Assembly: GCA_951406725.2 (NCBI GenBank) | Contig: OX597814.1 | Coordinates: forward strand, 139,810,001-139,874,000 | Direction of reading: 5' to 3' | From: Octopus vulgaris | Taxonomy: Eukaryota | Length of the DNA stretch: 64,000 nt | In this document: positions 13,178-26,085 of the stretch, piece after piece | Layout of the letters: each line of letters starts with the position of its first letter | Numbering within the stretch: position 1 is the stretch's first letter | Made by a program: the position numbers and the translations under genes | The notes under the pieces: generated by a model | What the model was told of the DNA's origin: nothing | The model's database searches: none | What the model saw: only the letters and a program-made list of their open reading frames with translations

Positions 13178-13320
13178 ATTTATTAATATTTAGCAGAAGT
13201 AACAGAGTGACTCAAAGTTTGAAAGTTTCATGCATTAACACTTATTTGATAAGTGCCAATGCATAAAATTCTCAGACCTTGAGTCACACTGTTACTTCTG
13301 CTAAATATCAATATAAATAT
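13178..13320. repeat. Fold-back palindrome with degenerate hammerhead-like core (family H1)
   Basis: tttagcagaagtaacagagtgactcaa...ttgagtcacactgttacttctgctaaa, near-perfect inverted repeat; related copy at 59884-59990. Confidence 0.8.
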
Positions 13321-13369
13321 ACATATACTTTTTTGAGTTCTATTTTTCCTGTCTGCGTGATTATACTTG

Positions 13370-13425
<56 letters not shown>

Positions 13426-13481
13426 ACCGTTGGCGATTTTTTTCCTCTGTCTTCCCTTCTTTGGATCTTTCCTTTTCCTAT

Positions 13482-13516
13482 GTTTCTGACGAAGAGCTCT
13501 GCTCGAAACATTAAAC
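13482..13516 (+). ncRNA. Minimal type-I hammerhead ribozyme motif (Penelope-type) inside a repeat at about 13424-13620
   Basis: gttt-CTGACGA-a-gagc(tct)gctc-GAAAC-a-TT-aaac: helix I gttt/aaac, helix II gagc/gctc. Helix III reads ACAT, one substitution from the palindromic ACGT. Confidence 0.7.
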
Positions 13517-13970
13517 TCTCCTTCTTTCCTTCCTTCCTGAACGTCCAATAATACTATATTTGTTCCACGTCTTCGCGTTGTTGTTTTTTCTCTTTGTGTT
13601 TTCATGTTTGGATTAACTATATATATATATATTAGTTAGGGTAAATCCCAGCTGTTTCCTCTTGAAGCACATCTACTTATTCCAATATTCCTATTAATAT
13701 GTATCCATAGTTGGTGCTGTATTTGAGTCAAAGAGCATATCAAAATTGAAAATTATGTAAAATCTATTTGCAGAGTTAAGAACAATTATAATAATAATTA
13801 TTCTTTATCTGAAGACTTTCTAATAGGATCTTTGTTTCTTATTAGCAAATGAAGCATGTGTAATGGAAAATAAATACTGCCGAAAGATTCCCATTTTCAT
13901 ATTTTATTATATACATACATATATATATATAGTTGAAAAAAGATTAGAGATGTGTACACATCAAATTTTT

Positions 13971-14846
13971 ATACTTAAAGGACGGAGGTGGAAACAGCAC
14001 AGAAGTAAATCTAAGACATTTCAATTTAGAAAGAATTTAATAAAATGATTTTAAAATTATATATAGAATATATAGAATATTACCAATTTTTATGAGGAAT
14101 TTCATCTTATCAAATATTAATAAAACATTGAAGTAAAAGCAGTTTGTATTTATCTTCTGTTTGGTGATCAGAATATGTCTGGAGTTTTTTTCGTTAAAGT
14201 CTTCTTTAATATAGAAAGGGCATTCAACACAACACACACACACACACAGCTGTACATAAAACCCATTCAATAAATGCTTTTAAGCCACTCTCTCAGCAGG
14301 AACCCACAGAGATTTTTTTTTTAGACAATAGACAACTACACCCTCCTCTCTTTCTCTCTAACACCTTGATCTCTATACCAAACTATATTTAACCCTTTAG
14401 CATTCAGATTATTTTGTCAGATGTAATGTTTATTTATTCACATTGTTTTGAATCAACCATGCATTATCTCATAGCTTCACGATTTCAATGATGTGATTGT
14501 TTATTTTTCAAAATCACATTGTGGGATAGGTATGAAAGGTTGGATCTGGCAAATTTGGGCATAAAACAAGTAGAATATTTGGGCCGGATATGGCCAGTTT
14601 GAATGCTAAAGGGTTAAAGAAGACTTCAATGAAAAAACTCAGGACATGATCACCAAACAGAAGATAGACTCAAACTGTTTTTACTTCAAATTTTTATTAA
14701 TATTTGATTAGACAAAATTCATCATCGAAATTGGTAATATTTTATATTTTCTATATATAATTTTAAAATCATTTTATTAAATTCTTTCTAAATTGAAATG
14801 TCTTAGATTTACTTCTGTGATGTTTCCCTCTCCATTCTTTAGATAT
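13971..14846. repeat. Long inverted repeat (about 240-bp arms, 13971-14214 and 14614-14846) with hammerhead-like remnants
   Basis: cacagaagtaaatctaagacatttcaatttagaaagaatttaataaaatg is the rc of the 14770-14819 segment; the arms stay colinear up to gtcttctttaa/ttaaagaagac. Confidence 0.9.
14393..14613. mobile_element. piggyBac-type MITE
   Basis: TTAA at 14389-14392 and 14614-14617; TIR CCCTTTAGCATTCA / TGAATGCTAAAGGG. Confidence 0.9.
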
Positions 14847-14852
14847 ATATAT

Positions 14853-15408
14853 GGTGGCTGCCCCCTCGTTATCATGTATGGCCATTGCACGAAGCTTAAT
14901 CAATGTTGTTATCATGCAATGCCTGTGCAAGAAGATTTTTTTTTAAGTGAGGAAAGGCTTTGCACTGAGTCAATCCCACTCACTAAGCAACAGCAGCCAT
15001 AATCCGAAAAGAAGAACAAGTCAACATCATTGGTAACCACTGAGCCGCAGGTTTTATGTCGGAGTTATCCCAGTTACCTGAGTTACCTTCTCCTAGAAGG
15101 ATGTCCTAACAAAGGCTAGGAGTCCTTCACTCCCAATGGTTTAAACCGTGCGATCGGGTATTCAGTCCGATTATTTCTATGTCCCCACGCATGATACAGC
15201 CTTAAGACATTTATTGGATGGCCTTTGACTCTCAAGAGTTCCTCCGCCCTTTGACAGGTTTTGTTTTTCATCCTGCAGGGTGTCCAATAAATACCCTCCT
15301 CACCAAGTAAGCTTGGTGGAGTTGCCGGTTTGAGTCGCCGATGACCCTACTATGGAACAGGTTGTTCTGGGTTTCATGTTACCAGTAGCACTGGAAAGTG
15401 ACCTGACA
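14853..15408 (-). mobile_element. GC-richer interspersed repeat, RTE 5' UTR-like or non-autonomous element
   Basis: Flanked by (TA)n; contains ttaccttctcctagaaggatgtcctaacaaaggctagg, reminiscent of RTE 5' UTR motifs; related remnant near 23310-23348. Confidence 0.4.
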
Positions 15409-15467
15409 TAATATATATATATATGCACATACATACATACATACATACATACATACATACATACATT

Positions 15468-15540
<73 letters not shown>

Positions 15541-15813
15541 ACACATTCATCTGTCAATGCATGTATCATCATCATTACCATCGTTGTCGAATGTCCACCA
15601 AATTCCAATGTACTTTCCTAGGGTTTCTACAGTTTGATGTTCTCCCTAACACAGTAAACTGAGTGCTATGACTATGTGAGGAAGCAAATTGTGATCGATA
15701 GTATATGACAACATGCAGTAGTCTTGGCCATACAGTGATTTATATATCTATATATTTATCTCTCTATTTATTTATCTCTCTGTATAGACCTCCCCCCCAC
15801 ACACACACACACA

Positions 15814-16030
15814 TGAGGATGTGCTGAAAAGTTCCTGGCTTTGGGTAAAAGAAAATATAAGAGGATCAATTAATTATGATTTTATTTAACATTTTCCCTT
15901 TTCAGATTCACACACTTTTTGCAGTGGTCCTTCAGTTTTCCTAAGTCCTGTAAAAGAACTCAGAAAGTTGAGCCTCCAACCAGGCTTTTCGCAATACCCT
16001 TAAAGCCAGGGACTTTTCAGCACCCCTTCG
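15814..16030. mobile_element. mariner-type MITE
   Basis: TIR tgaggatgtgctgaaaagttcctggcttt / aaagccagggacttttcagcaccccttcg. Confidence 0.75.
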
Positions 16031-19000
16031 TGTATGTGTTTGTGTATACTGAGAGAGAGATAGATACACACGTACAAATGTTAGGTAAAGCTAGCTTAAG
16101 AATTGCAATGAAACATTCTCTGATGGGGTGACTGAAAACTGAAAGTAGAGTGAAATTTGTCAAATTTCAAGCTGCATGCAACTCCAGGTTTTGGCCGTCA
16201 GTTTATTCAACCAAATTGGTTGAGAGGCCCCAGTTGAAATTGTAGTCAACTCAAATTTTACAACACACACACACACATACACACATAGCAACATATATTT
16301 TGTCTGGGGTTCTGTTTTTCTGTGAGGCTCCTGGAAATCATACAGTGAATGAAAACTGCATTGAAATTATATTCTAAGCAAGCACACTTCATTTACGTAT
16401 GCAAGTATGTGTGCGTGCATAAGTGTGTGTTTATCTAATTTGTTTCCAGTTCAGTTTGCTGGAGATTATTGTGTGTGTATGTGTGTGTGGGAGAGAGAGA
16501 GAGAGAGAGCGAGGGTGACAGACAGACAGACAGACAAAGAGAGAGGGAAGGAACTAACTTTCAACTAATGCGATTGTGGGTTTTGTCCATTCCACTAAAG
16601 AAGTATTGCTGTACTGTAACTGGGAGCGTATATATTATGTTTTCAGAAGCTTAACCTGATTTCTTTTCCTTGTTAGTACTTTATACCATATCCTGGTATT
16701 TCTTGTGTGTTTACTTCACCTAATACTTGAAAATAAACGGAATAAAAGCAAATATCTCTTTTGTCATGACTTGTCACCAAACTTACTTGAAATATACTTA
16801 CCATTCAGGCACATTAGATTTATAAAAATGTTCAAAATAAACAGTGGGGATAGTTAGTTGTGGCTATGTATTGTGTGTGTGTGAGTGTGTGTGTAATATT
16901 GATATATGAATTTAGCCATTTCATTTCTTTAAGAATTCAACCCATTTTGTGTGTGTGTGTGTGTGTGCATTGGTGGTTGTTTGTGAAAGAAAGGAAATGT
17001 TAGTCTATATTTTTTATTAAACAATTTTTCCCTTCTACTTATGGTTTTTAAATCTCTTTGGAATAACATCTTTTCTCATCTTTTTTTTTTTAAAGTTTTA
17101 TTGAATTTAAAATTAATACTTACAAAGAAACTCCCCATCCACCTCAAAAAGCAAAACGGAAAAATAAAAAATAATAATAAGCTACTAAAAATATTCAGTA
17201 ATGTAATGGCATAAACAACTTTTTGATATCCCTCTATTGGCAGCTCTTACAAACTTATTCATTTTTAAAAACTTTATTTACTCATTTTTGTTGATATAGA
17301 CTTATACCATTTAACTTGGAACTTGTCTCTCTTTTTTTTCTGTTTATTTATTTACTAAACCTATCGAAGCTTTAGATTCTACAGTAAATATATCTTTTTA
17401 ATCATATCTGTTATTGTACGATTTCCATACAATATAATTTTATCTAATTTTGAAACAGATGTCTTCGCATACAAACAAACAAAAAGTTCTCATGCACACT
17501 CATACATATGCAAAATCTTGTGAATTCATACACACAGAACAGCTTGTGTATACATACTTACACATATATTCCTCATATTTGTTGGCGGAATTGTTTTATT
17601 AACATAATTTTTATGTTTGGATGAGTGTTTAAAAACAAATTAAATATTTATAATAACTATTTAGAAGATGAGAATTCCCAATAGTATCTTAATAAATCTA
17701 ATGTGTTGCAAATGGAACTGCAGTGACCTTTAACTGAGCTGCTTCTGCTTCTCCTTCCTTTCTTCCATAGCTAATTACCAAAGCACATCATGTTCTTTAA
17801 ATTGTTTTCATAGTTGGAATATTGTTTCTGGTTGAAAAACTTTATTTATAACAGCAAAATGGCTGCAAAGTGTTTGCAAATTGGTTTGTGCTTCTTGCGA
17901 AAATATCAGTGGTAAAAGCACTTTGAAGTATACTGTTATGAATAAAGAATTTTTTTATCAAATCCTAGCAGCATAGTGTTAGGGTTTCTAAAAAAATGAA
18001 AATAAGAACAAAAAGTAAAGTAAAAATCAAGTGTTTGTTGCAATTATTTACAAGTTGTTTCTATTGGAAAGAATAGAACAATATTTTAGTGCATACCTTT
18101 ATATTCTTTAACTTACAATTATTAAGTTACAATTAGATGGTTGCTACTTTAAAATACTAAACTCTTGACCACAGGTCAGGAGTTGTAACTTTACAACTTT
18201 AGACTTTATGCTGTGCTCCTGAACAGGTTATGAGACGTTATGGCATAGCAGTTTTGGCATAGTTAAATTGGTGCTGCTTAATGGGCATTGCTAATTCAAC
18301 ACTGACTTATTTGACAGCATATGTTTTAGTATTTCCCTCATTCTCTCTCTTTTGTGGTCATCTAGTTATGTTTGTATGTGTTACTTTCTCTTCTCTCTCT
18401 TTCTCTTGGATTATGAGGCCACACACTTAATATAAAATAGGCCGAGCCTCAACAGAAGATGTGAATGGAGTAATAACACGCCCAATTAACCTGGTAAAGG
18501 AAGACAGAATAGGGCAAAAAAAAAAAAAAGCGTGGGAGAGAAAGACACGGATACAAACAGTATAATATGCAAACCCATATACATTCACAAATGAGTCACA
18601 TATACATACCAAACACATAGACACATAAACAGATACAGATGCAAATGCATGTGCAGATAGATACCACAGAAAGACAAGATGAAATAAACAGGACAAGACC
18701 AGAGAGAGAGTGGGAGATATGGACAAGAACAGACACTTATTGGAGAGATCACAGAATGTGTGATGAAAGAACGTGGACAAATAAACTAATAATAAAGCTA
18801 AAGTGAAAATCAAATAAATAGTGTGTGTTTATTGACAAAATGACTGTCTCCAAATTTGACAATAAAATGAATGACTATATCTATTTTCAAAGTTAAAACC
18901 TTTATGTTCTGATCACAAGCTGTTTTTGCATACATTATTTTTTCCACTAATTCTACTTAAAAAAAAAAAAAAAAAAATTGTACACATTAATTTATTTTTA

Positions 19001-19569
19001 ACAGTAACTAGCTATATAGCCATGTTTTGTTTCTTCTCAGAAATATTTGTATTGAATACGTTTTCAGCTGTACACTTTCACAACAAAAGCAAATACTTTG
19101 ATTGTCGTATTTTTAAATAACCAGAACATGATGCAGACTTGTTTTGTAAACATACCTAACTTAATGCTTTAATGACTGTGTGTATTTTGGGATACCTAAA
19201 AAGAGATCTATATCTGGCTGAACTTATTTCTAGTAGTTTTTTTATTTGAAGGCTTGAGTTTCTCCTCCAGTGGAAATGACATTCTAAAGTATTGACTGTT
19301 GATAAGGAGACTGGCAGTAATTATGAACTCTGCATAAATACTGGCAGCAATATTTGTGAAACCAGCCCAAATACAGGAGTAGATTAGTAGCAGCATCAAT
19401 GGAGATTTCTAGAACTCATCAATAATCATGATTGAATGAGAGAAAATGATGGATTCTTATTTTTATTAACAATGGTTTGCTGTTCTATTTAACCTGAATC
19501 TGACATATCTAGATTCATATTTAAATGACCTGAACTTGCTGTTTTTTTCAAATATTGGTTGTCAAGCAG

Positions 19570-19820
19570 ATCATCATCTTTGTTTTAATGTCCATTTTTC
19601 CAAGCTCATATGGCTGATGGAATTTGTTGAAGTTAATTTTCTACAGCTGGATGCCCTTCATCAACCCTCACCTGTTTCCAAGTAAGGTAATATTTCCCAA
19701 TAACCAGACACGTTTTTACAGAAGATTGGAAATGAAGGATACTGCTTGCATGATGGTAATACTCATTTACAACTATCACACAGTGTCAAGGCGAAGAAAT
19801 AATAACACACACACACACAT
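19570..19820 (-). mobile_element. SINE tail (RTE-type), truncated
   Basis: catcatc..tttaatgtccatttttcc..ctacagctggatgcccttc..cctcacctgtttccaagtaagg. Confidence 0.65.
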
Positions 19821-20329
19821 ACTGCCCTTCTTTGGTATTATAGTCTAAATCTCAACTTCATGAAAACTGAACAAGTTAAATTTATGCACTTTATGAGCTC
19901 ATTCTTGGACTAGCTCCTTGGAAAACAAAATGCTGGAATAAACTAACATTTTTTTTTTTTGAAGACATTTTTCAAGTCTTTTGATGCCAGCTGTGGTTTT
20001 AGTGTCACCGATTTTCTGACTAATCTGTGTCAAAATATTCATGCTTAAGATCTGAACAATCTATCTAATCATCGTCATCATCAGCATTTTATGTCTATTC
20101 CATACTAGCATGTGTGGATAGTTTTTCTGACCTGGTTCCTTCTTGCCAGCCCTTTTAATTACTGATTACTGCACTCATGGATGGGATGCACTTATTCTAA
20201 AAGAGGAATACATAAGGTAAGATAGTTGACAGATCTTCTCATAATGTCCTGTCTTCATTGACAAAAATTAAATTACAAAAAAGCCTATCATGTATTTATA
20301 TATATATTATATATGTGTTTGTGTGTGTC

Positions 20330-20695
20330 TGTGTTCATGAGTGTGTGTCTGTGTTCATGCATGTAATCATGTCAATGACTTCATATTCTTGCTCATCTGT
20401 ATGTGTTCATTAATTGCAAACAAAACAATAATCATGTTGTCAATACAAGCAGTGTCATATGCTTGTAGTCAGCTGCAGTAGCATGTCCAGGATTCTTGAC
20501 ATGTCTTGACATGTTACATGACCTTTGTAAACATGCTTAGGCTGTTCATTGTTTGATAGACCAGAGGTATTATTACCCTGCTGAGAAACAAGTGAGGGAT
20601 TAACAAGAAGGGTATCCAACCATAAAAAATCTACCACAATGAATTCTGTCTAACCCATGCAAGCATTCAAAAGAGGACATTAAAATGATGATACT
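20330..20695 (+). mobile_element. SINE 3' half with RTE-type tail
   Basis: aagaagggtatccaaccataaaaaatc...cccatgcaagcattcaaaagaggacattaaaatgatgat. Confidence 0.6.
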
Positions 20696-21439
20696 ACTGC
20701 TGTTGCAGATGATATTTCAGTAGCCTGCATTATTTATGAAACTACATGATTAAATCTTGTGACAAAGAAATGAAGGCAAATTCAGAGAACATTAGTGTCA
20801 ATTTATCTTTACCAGATACTTTTAAACTCCTGAATTACAGATTAAAGCAGCAGCATGTATGGCAGTCTTTACAGCATGCACTTCATTAATTCAATGAATA
20901 TTGCTTCTCTCAAATGGCTTTGCTAGCATCTTTGTTTAGTCCAGTAATCAATAGTTAAGTGAGTGTCAACATAGGTTTACACATAGGGCAACCATAAAGT
21001 CTGGCTACATGGGAAATGTCACCAGTATCTTTGTTTTGTTTTTCTCTGCAGATTGAACATGAGTTTGTCATTTTCACCTTTGTATATGGACTTTACAGTC
21101 ACCTGTATATTATATCATACCTTGATACTGTGGGGAGTGGGTTCCTCACTGACAGTCCTCTGATATTAAATAAAATGTTAACCACTTGCAAATTAGTAGC
21201 TCCAATTCTCTAGATTTGATGTGGATTATAAATGGATTGGTTACTTGTTTCTCAGAGATTGGTCAAGTGATGTAGACACCTTTAATGAAGCCCTAATAAG
21301 GACAAAAATCAATTAAGACTGTTCGTAATTTGTTTTGAGTTTACAGAAAAATAGGTAAAATCAACATCTTTGTCTTCTGTGTAGATTTCCATATGCAATA
21401 CAAGGAGTATTGTGCAGTATAGGAAAAAATATTAGTTAT

Positions 21440-21815
21440 TCATCATCATCATCATTATCATTTAAGTCTGCTTTCTATGCTGGCATGGGTTGGACAGTTT
21501 AACTGAGACTGGCAAGCCAGAAAGCTGCACCAGGCTCCAATCTGATCTGGCAAGGTTTCTGCTGCTGGATGCCCTTCCTAACACCAACCACTCCAAGAGT
21601 GTAGTGGGTGCTTTTTACGTGCCACTAGCATGAGGGCCAGTCAAGTGGCACTAGCATCAACCATTTTTAAATGGTGCTTTTTACATGCCACCAGCATGGG
21701 TACCAGTCAGATGGTACTGGCATTGGCCACAACAATGATTTCACTTGACTCAACAGGTCTTCTCAAGCACAGTTTATTCCCCAATGATTGAAGGGTACTC
21801 TTAAATGGGCCGATT
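21440..21815 (-). mobile_element. RTE LINE 3' UTR fragment
   Basis: (CAT)n tail, gctgcaccaggctccaatctgatctggc, gatttcacttgactcaacaggtcttc. Confidence 0.85.
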
Positions 21816-22167
21816 ATTGATTAATATCATTCTAATCTCTAAACAGTTCTATATATTTGTGCCAACTAGTGTACAGTCTTGTACATTTGCTTCATAATTC
21901 TTCCCTCACTACTTTGGTAAGTATGGGGAAGTCTCTGCTTTGCTGATGAAGTCATACTAATACCAAAATATGTCTGAAGTTGATTACTATACTTGCTAAA
22001 ATAATTAAAATAATATTAGTTATCGACTAATATTGCTTTTTTTTCTCACTGAATAATTATTTCTAATTAACTTTTTAATAGTCTATGCAATAAGTATGTT
22101 AACACTAACTTAGCTGTTTTTAATGCAGATGGCATCTCAGAATTTTTATTTAGTAATTTTATTTAGT

Positions 22168-22481
22168 AATAAAAAGCACCATCCGAACATGGCCGATGCC
22201 AGCCCCGCCTCGACTGGCTTCTGTGCCGGTGGCACATAAAAAGCACCAACCGATCGTGGCCGGTGCCAGACCCCTCTGGCACCTGTGCAGGTGGCACGTA
22301 AAAAGCACCCACTACACTCGCGGAGTGGTTGGTGTTAGGAAGGGCATCCAGTTGTAGAAACACTGCCAGATCAGACTGGAGCCTGGAGCAGCCCCTGGCT
22401 CCCCAGACCCCGGTCGAACCGTCCAACCCGTGCTAGCGCGGAAAACGGATGTTAAACGATGATGATGATGATGATGATGAT
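22168..22481 (+). mobile_element. Young RTE LINE 3' UTR fragment
   Basis: High similarity to the rc of 47717-48000; (GAT)n tail. Confidence 0.9.
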
Positions 22482-24052
22482 AAATTCATGCTTAGTCTTC
22501 ATGACATTTCAACTGTCTTATATAGTTTTTGATTTTTTGGCAGTTTGGCAGAGGCACTGTTCCAACCTATGAATGTCATCTGCTAATCACAAATTCTGCA
22601 CATTTCATGTCTATATCCATACATCTCCAGCTGTAAATTAGATCTTGTCCAGCTGTTGTCTGAGCTCTCTCTCTCTTTTTTTTTTTTTTTTGGCATGTTT
22701 ATAGTACAACTTCAGCCAACAACATGACTAGAGAAAGGATTGAATATTTGGCAACACTTCAATCAAGAGTATTAACATTTAAATAACCTCTGTTTTATCT
22801 TCACTATCATCATCACCATCCTCTACAGTGAAGCTCTTTTTTTTTTTTCACACATCTTGATCTTGTGCTCTTTCATCTGTGAAGTTCATTGTTTCTTTGA
22901 TATAATCTTCATTAATCTGTTTCTACTGTTCATATATTCTCCTAGTTCTATTATTTCTTGCAACCAGTATGCATCACACAATCACTTATGTCAATATCAT
23001 CAAACTACATCCCTCCACTCCCTCATACATTGACTAATGCTTTTCTTTCTGAGATGTTTTCTTCACTCATTATTACATCTTAGTCATTGAGCTATCACTT
23101 GCTATACACTTACCACCAATCAAGACATGATTATTGTTGGTTTTGTGGTTAAGGATTCACTTAAGAAACTTGGGTCCCATGTTTGATCCTACTGTGTGGT
23201 ACTTTGAACAAATGTCTCTTACTTTAGCCTTGTGAGTGGAATTTGGTAGACAGTCCGCCATGTGTTGTATGTATATTTTACATGAAGAGAGGTGACAGTG
23301 GCTTGTCACCTACCCTTCGTCAGGATGTCTGACAAAAGCTAACAAGCCAAAATTTTGAAGTCATGATCACCCTTTTTCTTGTAAGAGTATAATAAATATG
23401 TACTATTCAAGAACCTACAATTTTATAATTTTAAACAAACGAAAAGTATGAAAAATTCTTGATTCTGTAATTTGATTGTTTGACTATTAGTGCATAAATT
23501 ATACAAGTGGCCCTCAAAAAACTTTCTGTGATTAAAGTGACCTACAGTGTAATTTGAGTTGGCCAGGCCAGGCCTGTCCTAGGCCATATGCTTTTTGTAA
23601 CTTCACATGCATAATGTGCATTCATTTCAGTATAAAGCTGTATGAAATAATATTCGATTATATAAAGCTTGCAGTCTTGATCAGCTATTACCTAGTCAAT
23701 CAATTTCTCTTCTCTTTGCTATTGAATTGCTATCAGGAATGCCAATGTTTTCTATCAAGCTTATAGTTTCTTAATTTGAGTTTGATTTTTATTTTACATT
23801 TTAGCTTTTGCAATGTTTGTTTTTATTTCACATATAAAATATAGATGTTTTTATCTACTTACAAATATTTCTGAGTTATAATTATATTATGTTTAAATAT
23901 ATTACTATGTATAATGCAGTTATATATTGTTTTACATCTGAGATTCCCATTTTCTTTTGTTTTACAAATTAATTCTTTTTGACTCTTTTGAAAATACTAA
24001 AAATGTGAACCTTACATAAGATTTTTGCCTTTATAAAGAAGAAAAAATTAGC

Positions 24053-24150
24053 CTTCTTACTATAGCCCTGGGTCACCTAAAGTCTTGGGAATGGATTTGG
24101 TAGATGGAAATTGTTTCAAGCTTATTGTGTGTGTGTTTGTGTGTGTGTGC

Positions 24151-24184
<34 letters not shown>

Positions 24185-24440
24185 ATGTGTGTATGTGTGT
24201 GTGCTGCATTGTCTTGACATCATGTTATAGTTGTATACAAATGCCACTGTCAAACAAGCTGTGTCATCCATTTTCAGTTTCCCATGAATATACATCTGGT
24301 CAAAAGGGAATATTATTTTGCTTGAAAACTAATGACAGTGTTGACAGGAAGGGCATCTGCCATAGTAAACCTGCATCAGTGAATTCTCTCTGGCATATGT
24401 AAGCATAAAAGAAAATTTAAAACAATGGTGATGAGGATGA
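24053..24440 (+). mobile_element. SINE family O with RTE-type tail, 5' truncated
   Basis: cttcttactatagccctggg...ggatttggtagatggaaa...(TG)n...gacaggaagggcatctgccatag. Confidence 0.65.
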
Positions 24441-25084
24441 TATAAGCTTTGACATACCAGAAACATCAGAAAATATATTTTTAAATATTCTCTATAAAAT
24501 TCTATAAAATACTTAAAGTTGGAATATCAGATGTAGGTTCTTTAATTAGTTTAAATTTTATGATTTAAGTTAACCTCCTTTATGGCTTGACTTAATTCAA
24601 TGGAAATGAGAGATCTAAAGAAGAATCTAATTATTGAAATAAATACTGCAGCCATTAAAATTCATGTATGTTTGAAGAAATCAACTTTCAAATTAGTAGG
24701 TGTTCTTTTATCTACCTCATAATGTTGTTGTTGTCGTTATAGTTTTAGCTTTTTAACACCTATTTTATCCATCCTCATAAAGGTTGAATGTCTTCTACAA
24801 TGCAGCAAGTCACTCTGCTTTCCCTTCCAATGATGGTTTTCCTTAATCTCCCTGTCTGTTGGAATTTACACATTCTTGAATATGGTCACTTTGGTACTCT
24901 CTGATGTGTATTTTTTGTTTTCTATGGGTACTTTGTGGTATTTTTATAATTTCCAGTAGTCAAAATGTGAATATATTTAATTCAATACTTCATGTTCACA
25001 GTTCAGATCGCATAGGGTCACTTGTACCTCTCATTCTTCTTCACTCGGTAAAACAAGCACTATATAATATACTTAGTTGTGCAT

Positions 25085-25510
25085 GACATAGTGACTTCAT
25101 ATCACGACAAACAGCACATGACCTTGCAGGTGGGGGCCAAATTAGAAATATCTTCAGGTCGAGTAGCCCATCCTACTCAAAAGGTCCTAGAATAAGGGTT
25201 GTTTAAGAGTGAATAAGGGTTGTTTCCAGGGGTGGATTATTCAAACCCCAAAGAATCCCTCCCAATACATGGCTATGATGCTCCCCCACTACTCCTGCTC
25301 ATGATCAGAAATGCACATATCAACCGCTAAGGGGCATTCTCAACTAGTTACAGTCAAGCAACTGACAAGCAAATTTGTGGTATTTAGCAGAATATTTGTT
25401 GTAGCCCCTTTTTTTATACCAAGACAAAACATGTACATGTTAATACTTTCAATCAGTTAAGATCAGAAGTCATGAGAATCACTGCCTAATATCACATCAG
25501 GACATTCATT
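25085..25510. repeat. Unclassified GC-richer interspersed repeat
   Basis: Composition shift and an internal duplication (gaataagggttgttt x2); no ORF recognised. Confidence 0.3.
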
Positions 25511-26045
25511 GTTATTATTGACAAATCTTATCAAATAAATGCAAGTTCTGAGCAAATCAAGTCTACAACCCAGTTTTTAATTCTGTATTAGAACCATTTT
25601 ATCTTATTCTCATCACTGATATCTATAGAAAAGGCATTAATGCAGTAAATCTAATTTTCCATCGAACCCTAGGCTTTGTATGTGTGTTAAAAATATTATT
25701 ATTAGAAATAAAATTATCATTAGTTTTCTTTCTGAAATAACTTATTTTTCTTTCATTGATTTATATTTAATCTATTGTTATAAACTTGTTTATTGACCAT
25801 CTTTAATCAGCTTCTAGGAAACATTCAATTTTTTTGCTTTTATTATTTTTTTTGTTTTCGTTTCCTTATGTTATTTGTGGAATCACTTTACATTAATTAT
25901 GGCATTGATTTTTAGCATTGCCAACAGTTGGATGTAAATTGCCGAAGAACTTAATTGCAGTGGAATCTATTTCAGTTCAGTGCAATCCTGGTCGATAATA
26001 TTTGGAAAGAGCTAAATTTAGAAGCACTAGCCATCATTCTTATGA

Positions 26046-26085
<40 letters not shown>

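Noticed and set aside
17730-17920. Acceptor-like cttcctttcttccatag and a short ATG-led frame (MAAKCLQIG...)
   Set aside because: No homology recognised and only a weak donor; unsupported without transcripts.
21030-21213. Strong acceptor tttctctgcag at 21051 with a 65-aa ORF
   Set aside because: No clear donor and no recognisable protein in any frame.
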